Source: Eledone cirrhosa (taxonomy: Eukaryota). Taken from it: DNA of 64,000 nt. Below, piece after piece: positions 1 to 9,854 of this stretch. Positions within the stretch are counted from its first letter, which is position 1. Every line of letters starts with the position of its first letter. The notes under the pieces were generated by a model. The model had not been told where the DNA came from. It made no database searches and saw only the letters and a program-made list of their open reading frames with translations. The stretch covers positions 103,850,001 to 103,914,000 of the forward strand of contig OZ024745.1 in the NCBI GenBank assembly GCA_964016885.1, written 5' to 3'. The position numbers and the translations under genes are program-made.

Positions 1-42
1 AGTTAAATAAAGTCAAATGATTAAAATTTAGCTTCGTTTATT

Positions 43-97
43 ACTGCTATATATATTTCAGTGGCAGCCATCTTTGGCTGTGACCTCTTCAGGCAGT
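43..97 (-). ncRNA. Minimal type-I hammerhead ribozyme motif (mirror copy)
   Basis: Reverse complement of 252-306 with one stem II substitution; core intact. Confidence 0.7.
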
Positions 98-251
98 TTG
101 AATTAGTATGGTATAGACAAGTACATATGTTGTCATATGACTCCAGTTCCTCAGTGAATTAACAACCAAACAAGGAACTGGGCATATCAGAGTATTGACA
201 ATATTATACACCTAAACAACATATGTACTTGTCTATACCATACTAATTCAA

Positions 252-306
252 ACTGCCTGAAGAGGTCACAGCCAAAGATGGCTGTCACTGAAATATATAT
301 AGCAGT
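252..306 (+). ncRNA. Minimal type-I hammerhead ribozyme motif
   Basis: Stem I ACUGC(252-256)/GCAGU(302-306); core CUGAAGA(257-263); stem II GGUCACAGCCA-AAGA-UGGCUGUCACU; GAAA(290-293); palindromic UAUAUA; UA cleavage dinucleotide (300-301). Confidence 0.75.
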
Positions 307-350
307 AATAAACGAAGCTAAATTTTAATCATTTGACTTTTATTTAACTT

Positions 351-465
<115 letters not shown>

Positions 466-470
466 ATTAT

Positions 471-574
471 ATTATAAGAACAGGTTAAAGTTTAAGTAAA
501 GAATCGCTTTCATCCTTAACGGGATCTTCTGAAAGCACCGATTCTTTGCTTAAACTTTAATCTGTTCTTATAAT
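471..574. repeat. Fold-back hairpin with a hammerhead-like remnant in the loop
   Basis: ATTATAAGAACAGGTTAAAGTTTAAGTAAAGAATCG...CGATTCTTTGCTTAAACTTTAATCTGTTCTTATAAT; the minus strand of the loop reads GAAGA-TCC-CGTTAA-GGA-TGAAA. Confidence 0.7.
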
Positions 575-664
575 AAATATTTGCTCTACGGGTTTATATA
601 TATATAATTCTTATCGAGCCCTCTTTGAATCTTAGTCTCCACATTTATTATTACGATATATATA

Positions 665-945
665 TATTGTTATATTTTGAGAGGGTCATGTTGCCAATGA
701 AAACACACGCACCTGTTAGTTTTCACATAGTTCACAAAAACAAGATGGTGTAGGAGAGACACAAAATAACAAATTAGTCACTGAAGAGGTCACAGAATGT
801 GTGACCAAAGAGTTTTGACAACAAACAAATAAACAACCATCTGGTTATTAAACTAACCAACTGCAAGTCTATAATATATTGAAGTGAAAACCAACAGGTG
901 CGTGTGTTTTTATTAGCAGCATGACCCTCCCAAAGTTTAACAATA
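665..945 (+). mobile_element. Short element with about 60-bp inverted ends and a degenerate hammerhead core
   Basis: Arms 665-726 and 884-945; internal GTCA-CTGAAGA-GGTCACA-GAATG-TGTGACC-AAAGAGTTT-TGAC (777-819) lacks G12. A related copy lies at 48357-48610. Confidence 0.65.
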
Positions 946-1030
946 TCTGTTTCAACACACGTTTTCTGATAAGAAACCTTGTAAAACAAATAAAAAACGA
1001 AATTGCAAACTTGACTGTCACCGCAGAATA

Positions 1031-1069
1031 TGAACCTGAAGATTGCGAAAGCACGAAAGTACTTGTTCA
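1031..1069 (+). ncRNA. Minimal type-I hammerhead ribozyme motif
   Basis: UGAAC / CUGAAGA / U-UGC-GAAA-GCA-C / GAAA / GUAC / UU / GUUCA: 5-bp stem I, GNRA-capped stem II with a mismatched first pair, and a palindromic AGUACU stem III region. Confidence 0.7.
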
Positions 1070-1099
1070 ATTAACACTTAACATTTAATATTCTACCAT

Positions 1100-1540
1100 A
1101 CTATCTATCTATCTAAGGCGGGTAAAATTCCCGAGATCCATGGACGAGTTCTCTCCAGCGGTCTCTGTCCCTCATTATCGCTGCCATATCCTGCATCTCC
1201 AACAGACCAGTGTCTGTCCTTAGGGCATCAACATATGTTAACCTTGGTCTTCCTCATCTAGTGTGTCCATGTAGGGGCTCCCAAAGGAGCACTGAGTGCA
1301 ATGTCAACTCTGGATGTCGGTGAGCATGTCCAGCCAACCTCAGTCTCCTCTGTGTCACTTTTGAGCTGACTTTTGGGATGCTCCCATACAGCTCTGAGTT
1401 TTTCATCCTCAGTGTATACTGATTAATGTTCAGAGCCATCCTCAGCATTCTCGTGTAGCACCCATCCACCATCTGAGTGAGTCTCTTGGTCAGTGTCCAA
1501 GTCTCAGACCCATACAGCAGCACAGACTCCACTACAGCAA
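1100..1540 (-). mobile_element. 5'-truncated non-LTR retrotransposon (RTE/RTEX-like) 3' fragment
   Basis: ORF 1254-1532 ESVLLYGSETW...RMLRMALNI...RRLRLAGH is the conserved post-RT region; (TAGA)n tail near 1102-1114. Confidence 0.85.
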
Positions 1541-1661
1541 TGATTTCATTCTAATACCATTATACATTTTAAAGGATTGTAAATAAAACGAGTAAATCAG
1601 ACAAAGTTGGAATTCCTTTTATTAATATAATCTTCTATACACAATCATACACACCCGTGTA

Positions 1662-1772
<111 letters not shown>

Positions 1773-1844
1773 CTATCTATGTATGCATGAATGTGTGTAT
1801 GTGTTTGTGAGTTGCAAGTAAAGTCTTCTGGGGTCTTTTCGGTT

Positions 1845-2140
1845 GTCAAAGACATGACATCACCCCTAGTGCTGATGCATGATAAATTACACCCAGTTCA
1901 CTCTGTAAAGTGGTCGTGTTGGTGTCACGACAAAAAGCGCCCAGTCCACATTGTAAAGTGGTCGTTTTGATGCCTCGATAAAAAGCATCCAGTCCACACT
2001 GTAAATGTGGAAGGGCATCCAGCCGTAGAAACCAAATCACAAACAGTTCTGTGTGAACAAGTCATGGTCAACTGATCTGATTTGTCTCACAATGGGACAA
2101 CTCATGCTAGAGTGGAACAATAAACTTTAAACAATGATGG
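1845..2140 (+). mobile_element. SINE family A body with internal ~50-nt tandem units
   Basis: Three CCAGT.CAC..TGTAAA.TG units, then GGAAGGGCATCCAGC and a degenerate (GAT)n-type tail. Confidence 0.7.
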
Positions 2141-2176
2141 TATATATATATATATATATATAATACATGCACATTC

Positions 2177-2207
<31 letters not shown>

Positions 2208-2238
2208 CTTCTTCTTCTTCTTTTTCTTCCATATATTC

Positions 2239-2519
2239 CAAAATTATACACTTACGTATATATATATATATAGAGAGAGAGAGAGGGGGTGGCTTCTACA
2301 GGACTAGAACTGTTTGTTTCGAAAGAAATCACTGATGATTTCTTTTGAATGAAACAGTTCTAGTCATGTAGAAGCCATTTCTATATTAAATTTGATGTTT
2401 ACACTCTACTAATCTATTGAGTACCTTACTTACTGCGGTTACTCCCGATTGAATCCGGGACTCGTGTGTGTGTATATATATATATATATATGGGGGGGGG
2501 GTAAATGGTGGTGCCCGAG
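2239..2519. repeat. Left arm of a ~280-bp inverted duplication (partner 5635-5933); contains a hairpin at 2290-2377
   Basis: Base-by-base reverse-complement match, including the microsatellites and the G/C run. Confidence 0.9.
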
Positions 2520-2800
2520 ATAGAGTCATATCAGAAGCAGCTATCTCCAAAAGATCCGGATGGATCCCCCAAGCGAGACCAGCTGAGCTCATGGATGTTA
2601 TCCAACCATCTTGCTCGTGGTCTACTCTTAGGTTTCTTGTCGGTTGGCGTTGCCCGTAAAATCTGCTCTGCGATTCTTTCTATTCTAACCACATGTCTGT
2701 AGTACCAGAGCTGTGATCTCTCGATTTGAAAAAGTAGCGGCTTCACCGAGAGCGACTCCCCAGTCTTCAAGCTCTGCACCTTTTAAAGTAACGTTACTCC
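2520..2800 (-). mobile_element. Decayed RTE-like LINE C-terminal fragment
   Basis: ORF 2531-2779 PLLFQIERSQLWYYRHVVR...KSRPRARWLDNI resembles the LRWxGHV...GRPRxRW motif. Confidence 0.7.
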
Positions 2801-3003
2801 AAAGTACTTTCGGAAGAACCTTATTTCGGCTGCTTATATTCGTGTTCATATCCTTTCGGTCATTATCCAAGGTTCATGACCTTGAGTAAAGGCAGGCATG
2901 AACACCGTATGGAAGGCACACCTACCTCCCGATAACAGAGTGCTGAAGCTGGCGTAATGCACTGGGTAATTGCTGGCCTTGTGCCTAAAGTAGAAACAAT
3001 TAT

Positions 3004-3188
3004 TGGCAGTATCGGTAGAGGGTCGGACGCCATGCTTTGACGCATAGAGTTACGGCCCTTGCCATTCTGAGTTAAAATTCCGCTGAGGTTAACTTTGCCT
3101 TTCATCCTTACGGGGGTCGATAAAATAAAGTACCAGTAATACACTGGGAAAATTGCTGGCCTTGTGCCAAAAGTAGAAACAATTATTA
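3004..3188 (+). mobile_element. SINE family B (core GAGGTTAACTTTGCCTTTCATCC...GTCGATAAAATAAAGTACCAG)
   Basis: The same sequence recurs at least six more times in the window; preceded by a partial duplicate of its tail at 2953-3004. Confidence 0.8.
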
Positions 3189-3260
3189 CACCAACAGGAA
3201 ATTATGAAATTAAATATTCTTTACTATTAACCTCCACTCCATTTTTATGGCTACTATACT

Positions 3261-3310
<50 letters not shown>

Positions 3311-3397
3311 CATGTCTGGTGATCCTGTTAGTGCACAAGTGAACCTCCAGAGTAGCAAGACTCACCAGTTAGCCATAAATAATATATATATATATAT

Positions 3398-3729
3398 GGA
3401 GGCACATGGCTTAGTGGTTAGAGCATTGGCCTTGCAATCGAAAGGTTGCGAATTCAATTCTCAGACCGGGTGATGTGTTGTTTCCTTGAGCAAGACACTT
3501 TATTTCACATTGCTCCAGTTTACTCAGCTGTAGAAATGAGATGATAGGACTGGGGTCCTTATCATTCCACTGCAAAGTGGTCGTGGAGGTGCCACGGCAA
3601 AAAAGCACCCAGCACTCACTGTAAAGGAGGTTGGTGTTAGGAAGGGCATCCAGCTGTAGAAATCAAGCCAGAATCAGTCCCCGTCCCACCCTTGCAAGCA
3701 GGGAAAAGCGGACGTAAAATGATGATGAT
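3398..3729 (+). mobile_element. Full-length tRNA-derived SINE family A with an RTE-type 3' tail
   Basis: A-box TGGCTTAGTGG, B-box-like AATTCAATTC, AGGAAGGGCATCCAGC body; the last 50 nt are identical to the RTE 3' end at 31945-31994; (GAT)n tail. Confidence 0.9.
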
Positions 3730-3744
3730 ATATATATATATATA

Positions 3745-3787
<43 letters not shown>

Positions 3788-4053
3788 CTATATCTATATG
3801 TATGTGTGTGTAAAAGGTAAACAGAAATAACAAAGCAAACAACACAGTACAATGAAGAAATATATTAGTTTCACGCTTGAAATAATATGAAAAGAGTCTT
3901 AACGTTTCGGATAGTAGTCATTCATCAAAAAATAGAATAAGAAATAAAAGATGAAACACAAAGATAAAGAATGGGATGAGGAAGGAACGGTAAAAAAAAA
4001 ATTGAGAAAATAATCACGTGCATATTCAATCGGCAATTTCAGATATCTGTATG

Positions 4054-4111
<58 letters not shown>

Positions 4112-4115
<4 letters not shown>

Positions 4116-4184
4116 AGGTGTCCCAAAAATGTATTCACACTTCAACAGCATTCTAATCAAAGTGTGTATAGATTTGTTGGTACA

Positions 4185-4187
<3 letters not shown>
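4112..4187. mobile_element. Tc1/mariner-type mini-MITE (degenerate)
   Basis: TA-CAAGGTGTCCCAAAAATGTATTCACACTT...AAGTGTGTATAGATTTGTTGGTACACTC: imperfect inverted arms resembling CAGGGTGTCCCA ends, inserted in (TA)n. Confidence 0.55.
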
Positions 4188-4251
<64 letters not shown>

Positions 4252-5572
4252 CGTGTGTGTGTGTAAACACTTAAACGTGATTACACCCACACAAACAATT
4301 CACAACACGGATTGGTTATCTGCGTGGGCTACGTCATTACCGGGAACGGAACGAAATAGGAATCTATTCTAATTTCACTTGCATGATAGTGAAAATCTCA
4401 TGTTAAATTTATTCATGTTTTATTTACTAATACCAGGAATATAAACAGAAATTATATAACAGCATTTAGAGTGTAGTTAATTGTGAAAAGCGATAAGAAG
4501 GAAATATAATAAATATGATCATTATGACTTTGGTAAAGGCTATCAGTCACACATTTTCATTTTCAATCTATTAACCTGAAGACTAGAGCCATTTCCAGAA
4601 ATCAATATTTCGGGATACACACGCACACATATATATAATAAACACATTATATATACACACACACACATATATATATATATCTATATTCAAAAATGAATTA
4701 TATATATATATATATAATTCATTTTTGAATTTGTTTTGGGAGATTTCTTATATATATATAATTGTGTATATATATATATATATGTGTAATACACACATAT
4801 ATACTAATATTATACACACACACATATATATTATACACAATTATATATATATAATACACACACACATACATATACATTATATATATATGTGTGCGTGTAT
4901 GTGTCTGTGTGCGCGTTATACGTACATCTACATACACACATGTATATATATAATGTATGTATGCTACTGTTAAGGTTGTTAATAGGATTATAACCAACAA
5001 ACATTCATTGATGGGATAGGGTGGATTTAATACTTTTGTAGAGTCATATTTATACATCACGGACTGAGTGGAACTCCGAGTTTCGCTTCCTGTGGCTAAC
5101 TATATTACTTTAGATTAATTAACTCCCTATGGCGAAACTCCGAGTTTCAGTGAATCCAAATATACATCTGTGTTAAAAAAGAACGCAAATATTGACATTT
5201 TGCTTTTTTTTCGGGCCCATCTGGAGATTTATTTAAATAAATACCAGTAATATACTAAACAGATTTTTTTTTTATCATTTCCCCTGAACTGCCCTTTACT
5301 AAAAAGATGCTGTTCGCTAAACTATTTTTTTTTTTTTAAATAGAGATTAAACAAAAAGTTGATCACGCTGAGAAAGTTAGGATTAACAATATACTATTAT
5401 AAATTTAATAATGGATGCTTTGGTCCACTTTCGGTTGTTTATAAATCTCCACGATGCCATTTCAACTGACTGTGATGTTATATGGTGTTTTTTAAAAGAG
5501 GAGGTAGGGGTAATGATGTGATGAACACGACTTCCCATTTTACCTTATATTTCATTTCAAAATAAATCGCTT

Positions 5573-5604
<32 letters not shown>

Positions 5605-5634
5605 ACATGTTCCAGCCGACAGGCTGAGGCCATG

Positions 5635-5661
5635 CTCGGGCACCACCATCCCCCCCCCCCA

Positions 5662-5699
<38 letters not shown>

Positions 5700-5876
5700 G
5701 AGTCCCGGATTCAATCGGGGGTAACCGCAGTAAGTAAGGTACTCAATAGATTAGTAGAGTGTAAACATCAAATTTAATATAGAAATGGCTTCTACATAAC
5801 TAGAACTATTTCATTCAAAAGAAATCATCAGGTGATTTCTTTCGAAAGAAACAGTTCTAGTCCTGTAGAAGCCACC

Positions 5877-5915
<39 letters not shown>

Positions 5916-5933
5916 CGTAAGTGTATAATTTTG
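5635..5933. repeat. Right arm of the inverted duplication (partner 2239-2519)
   Basis: Reverse complement of 2239-2519 with few substitutions. Confidence 0.9.
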
Positions 5934-5986
5934 AAGCATGTAAGCCCTATCTATGGTAAAAACTAAAATTGACGGTGTATATTTAT

Positions 5987-6125
5987 ATAGGAAAATGTTC
6001 AGGACCCCGACGGCAGAGCTCAGTCCAGAAATAGCCGTCGGGGTCCTGAACATTTTCCTATTACCCACTCTACTAGTATCGAGTACTCTGGTGCGTTATG
6101 GTCTACCTGGTTTCTTACCACACTT
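5987..6125. repeat. Fold-back element with perfect 28-bp arms (5987-6014 / 6034-6061); relative at 26325-26510
   Basis: ATAGGAAAATGTTCAGGACCCCGACGGC...GCCGTCGGGGTCCTGAACATTTTCCTAT; flank 6063-6120 approximates the reverse complement of 26330-26395. Confidence 0.8.
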
Positions 6126-6444
6126 CCTTCCTAATATATATATGTATGTGTGTGTGTATGAATATATATAGACAGTGAGAAAGAAAGATAGAACGGTGGA
6201 CAACAAAACAGATATGATAAAGATTAAAGTTATTAATTTCAAACTGAATTAAATTTGACATTGGAACTTATATGAATAATAAAAAATAATAATAATATCG
6301 TAAATGCTTTTATCCGTCGCTTAACTATGTCCGATAAATCCAACGCACGCCGTTATTTGGGAATATAAACGATATCTATTGAAGATAGAAAGAAGAAAAC
6401 ATTGTTTTAGAACGACGAGATGACAGAATCTTTTTGTGTAACAG

Positions 6445-6598
6445 AGCCGTTGATTGGTCAATTAGAATTTATTTATCTGCTTTCATCATCAACGAGGTCA
6501 ACGGTCATATAACGGCAGCTGATTGGTCAGTTCAAGAGAGCTGCTACTGTTGCTGCTGTAAAGTGAGGTTAAAGGTAAAACATAGCAAAAATGGCCGC
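6445..6598 (+). promoter_or_regulatory. Putative ELL proximal promoter/5' UTR: two inverted CCAAT boxes and a YY1-like motif over the ATG
   Basis: TGATTGGTCA at 6451-6460 and at 6520-6529; CAAAAATGGCCGC overlaps the start codon. Confidence 0.5.
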
Positions 6599-6716
6599 GT
6601 TGGAGGAAAGGCAACAATATGGCTTGTCTTCCCGCAATGAAGGCGACAAAACAATCATTCATTTAAAACTTACCGATTCTGCTTTAAAAGCACTTGAGGA
6701 GCATGCAAAAAATAAG
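6591..6716 (+). CDS. ELL: ELL-family RNA polymerase II elongation factor, coding exon 1
   Basis: Manual translation gives MAALEERQQYGLSSRNEGDKTIIHLKLTDSALKALEEHAKNK, which matches the ELL/ELL2 N-terminus as I recall it (MAAL.E...YGLS...HVKLTDSALRAFE). ATG is in an AAAATGG context and a phase-0 GTAAGA donor follows at 6717. Confidence 0.93.
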
Positions 6717-7744
6717 GTAAGATGATGAGACTTAACTTTATTATCATTTATTTTATAATATTACATACATTTAGAATCCAACAAGGCTGGTGATGAAGTA
6801 AGTTAGGAGTTAGTGCCGAGGAGATAACATGTCCTCCTTCTCTCATCACATTTCATTGAATCGATAAATTGTAGGTTCGAATTCACACAAAAAAAAAAGA
6901 GAAGAAACTAATTTAACCTATTATTTGTTATTTCTGAAAACAATTAATAGGTCGGGATTATGATTTTTTTTATCAGTTATTTTAATTTTTGTATCTTTGT
7001 CTTTGATAAGTTTTTGACGCAGCGCTATAAAAAAAAATGTTGAGCAAAAAAAAATGTTTTTGTTTCAATAGTTTCTTGAAAAGTATGAATATATTCTTCT
7101 ATAACTTAAAAGAAAGTATATTTATAGTATATTACTATTAATATATATATAATTTGTGTGTGTATTATATATGTATATATAATGGTAAAACTATATATAC
7201 ATATATGATATACATACACACGCACACACATATATATATATACATATATATCTATATATATATATATATGATGTGTGTGTGTGTGTTCTATTGAATTACA
7301 AGTATTCAATAACTGTTATTTCTCTTACTCAAATGATAATTATATATATTATATATATATATATATATATGTATAATTTGTGTGTATATATGAGTATGTG
7401 TATGTATATTTTAAATCCTGTTTCTAATAATATCCAAATATTATTTCTAGAAAGTTTAATATAACTATTAACAGTATTAATACTAACTAATTAATATATT
7501 CTAACACTTAATCTTCTCGATTCTTCGAAACTATGTCCCAGCACAAGAACAGCTGGTCAGTTTAAAGACAACTAGAAAAGTTTTATTTGACGTGTGTATC
7601 ATTGAATAAAATAAAAAAGAACTTTAACATTTTCACATCTACCCTATTTATTTACTTTACTTTTTATTAACTTATTTTTATACAAAAATATATCTTATGA
7701 AAAATGTATGTAATATTGCACCATCGATCTTGGACTTGGATGGT

Positions 7745-8097
7745 ATCTATATTTATATATACGTATACATCTATATTTATATCTATGTATATATTTATAT
7801 CTATGTATATATTTATATCTATGTATATATTTATATCTATATATATATTTATATCTATATATATATTTATATCTATATATATATTTATATCTATATATTT
7901 ATATCTATATATATATTTATATATATATCTATATATTTATATATATATCTATATATTTATATATATATCTATATATTTATATATATATCTATATATTTAT
8001 ATATATATCTATATATTTATATATATATCTATATATTTATATATATATCTATATATTTATATATATATATATATATTTATATCTATATATATATATT

Positions 8098-8128
<31 letters not shown>

Positions 8129-8140
8129 ATTTATATAATA
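7745..8140. repeat. AT-rich minisatellite, 18-20 nt unit (e.g. ATATATTTATATATATATCT)
   Basis: Visible tandem array. Confidence 0.9.
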
Positions 8141-8207
8141 TTTTCTATACCTTTCATTTTTATGTATAATCTATATTTATATATATAATCTATAAACATA
8201 TATATAC

Positions 8208-8243
<36 letters not shown>

Positions 8244-9788
8244 GTGTATATATATATTTATATATACCAGTAATCACAACCCTATGAGTCTCTATATATC
8301 AATCCACTTTTCCGTCTTTTGTTTTTCTTATTTATAGTGAATGTTAAATTTGAAGGAATTATTAAGTGCGTAATCATTTAATATAACTATACTGATAACT
8401 TGAGAAAAATTTCCTCTACTTATTAATACTATGTTGGAACGAGGTTGTACACAGAAATTTATGATAGCTAAATAAGGTTATCTTGTATTTGAACTGCAGT
8501 AAATGAAAAGCATCAGTGAACGAATATTGTTACTTGAACAAGCAAAACCTAATCTACTGTTTTGATCATTGAAAGTATTTTTACAAAGACATTTTTTTTT
8601 TAATTCTAAGATCGAGTTGCTTGTCTATTGCTGTTTCGCTGATGGTTCTCAATTCACGCATATGAGCTGAATTAGAATAAAACCGTAGTGTTTTGTGTCA
8701 GTCTTCTTGTCCTGCACTGTTATATGGTAATTGGTAGAAATATATATTTCTTCCCCCTTAAAATATAAACCTGATTACCGTAGGTAGACTGTGGGCAGCC
8801 ATATTTTTGATTACCCAGTATTCTCTGGTGGTTTATATACCCCCGCCCCCTCTCTCTCTCTCTCTCCACTCATCAGATGTTATTTGTTACTTTGCTGAGA
8901 CCATACCACAGTGGTCATCTTCACATCATATAGTGTCCCATATCTTCCTTTCCTTGAAGGACATTTTAACAAAGATCAAGTTCAGTCATTCTTTTTATGG
9001 CAATAACCATTTAAGCTACACATAAAGAGTTAAGCTTACAATCAATAATCATTTGCTTGTTTATATAAGATTATTTAATTAAATAAGACTCTTAAAACAA
9101 ATAAAGTTGATTTTATTTCCAGTGAAAATGAAAGTAAGAAGAAAAAAACTGGATTTAGTATTTTGTCGTGCTTCGTCAACAGTAATTGTAATCTGTATTA
9201 GCTTTCTTAACATATGGAGTGGTTGTGTTGGAGACTTGGTGTCATTGTCAGCCGGTATTCTCTAGATCATTTTACCGTTGTGTTGCTTCAAGTAATCTGT
9301 GTGTGTATATATATATATATATATACATACATGTGTGGCTTCTGACTCCATTAATTTTAAGCTTAACTTTTTAAAAAAAAGTTTATTTTACTTGATATCC
9401 AAAGGGTGGTGGGTTGTGAAGAATGACAGGTTTTTAATCAGTTGACACGATTTAAAGCCAATGTAAAGAACATCAAGGAAACATTTCTAGAATGTACAGG
9501 ACATACGACTAAATAAATATATCTATGTGGCATTTATTTTTCTTTCTTTGGTTAATCCGACTGACAGTGAAATGTTTTCGCCTGTTGGTATCGTAATGAA
9601 AGTTGGCAGGAAGGAATGTGTTCAAATTAGGAGTTGTCTGCGTGCCATACTGCTGGTAGTTGTCTGTAATGTAGCAGTAGTAGTAAGTGCTTCGTTCCAG
9701 CAAGTCAGCTACTAAACACTACAAATAACTATATTTAGTGGTCCCCCTTTTACCACCAAGGCCAGGCTTACCGTTTTCAAATATATGC

Positions 9789-9854
<66 letters not shown>

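Larger units (their letters stand above)
1..349. mobile_element. Fold-back element (arms about 1-133 and 216-349), Penelope-like pseudo-LTR derived
   Basis: Near-perfect 133-bp inverted arms, each carrying a hammerhead-like motif. The left arm may extend beyond the window start. Confidence 0.7.

Noticed and set aside
3398-3475. tRNA-like sequence with A and B boxes (also at 26753 and 12930)
   Set aside because: It runs into a SINE body and tail and has no convincing cloverleaf; it is a SINE head, not a tRNA gene.
3895-3930. Minus-strand TTGATGA...TCCGAAACGTTA hammerhead-like remnant
   Set aside because: C3 is missing and neither stem I nor stem II pairs convincingly.
4570-4615. CTGAAGA...GAAA motif
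   Set aside because: Stem I and the cleavage site cannot be assigned; it could be chance or too decayed.
5060-5160. Repeated GAACTCCGAGTTTC / GAAACTCCGAGTTTC near-palindromes
   Set aside because: Possibly another pLTR-like remnant, but there is no CUGANGA core or long arm to support a call.
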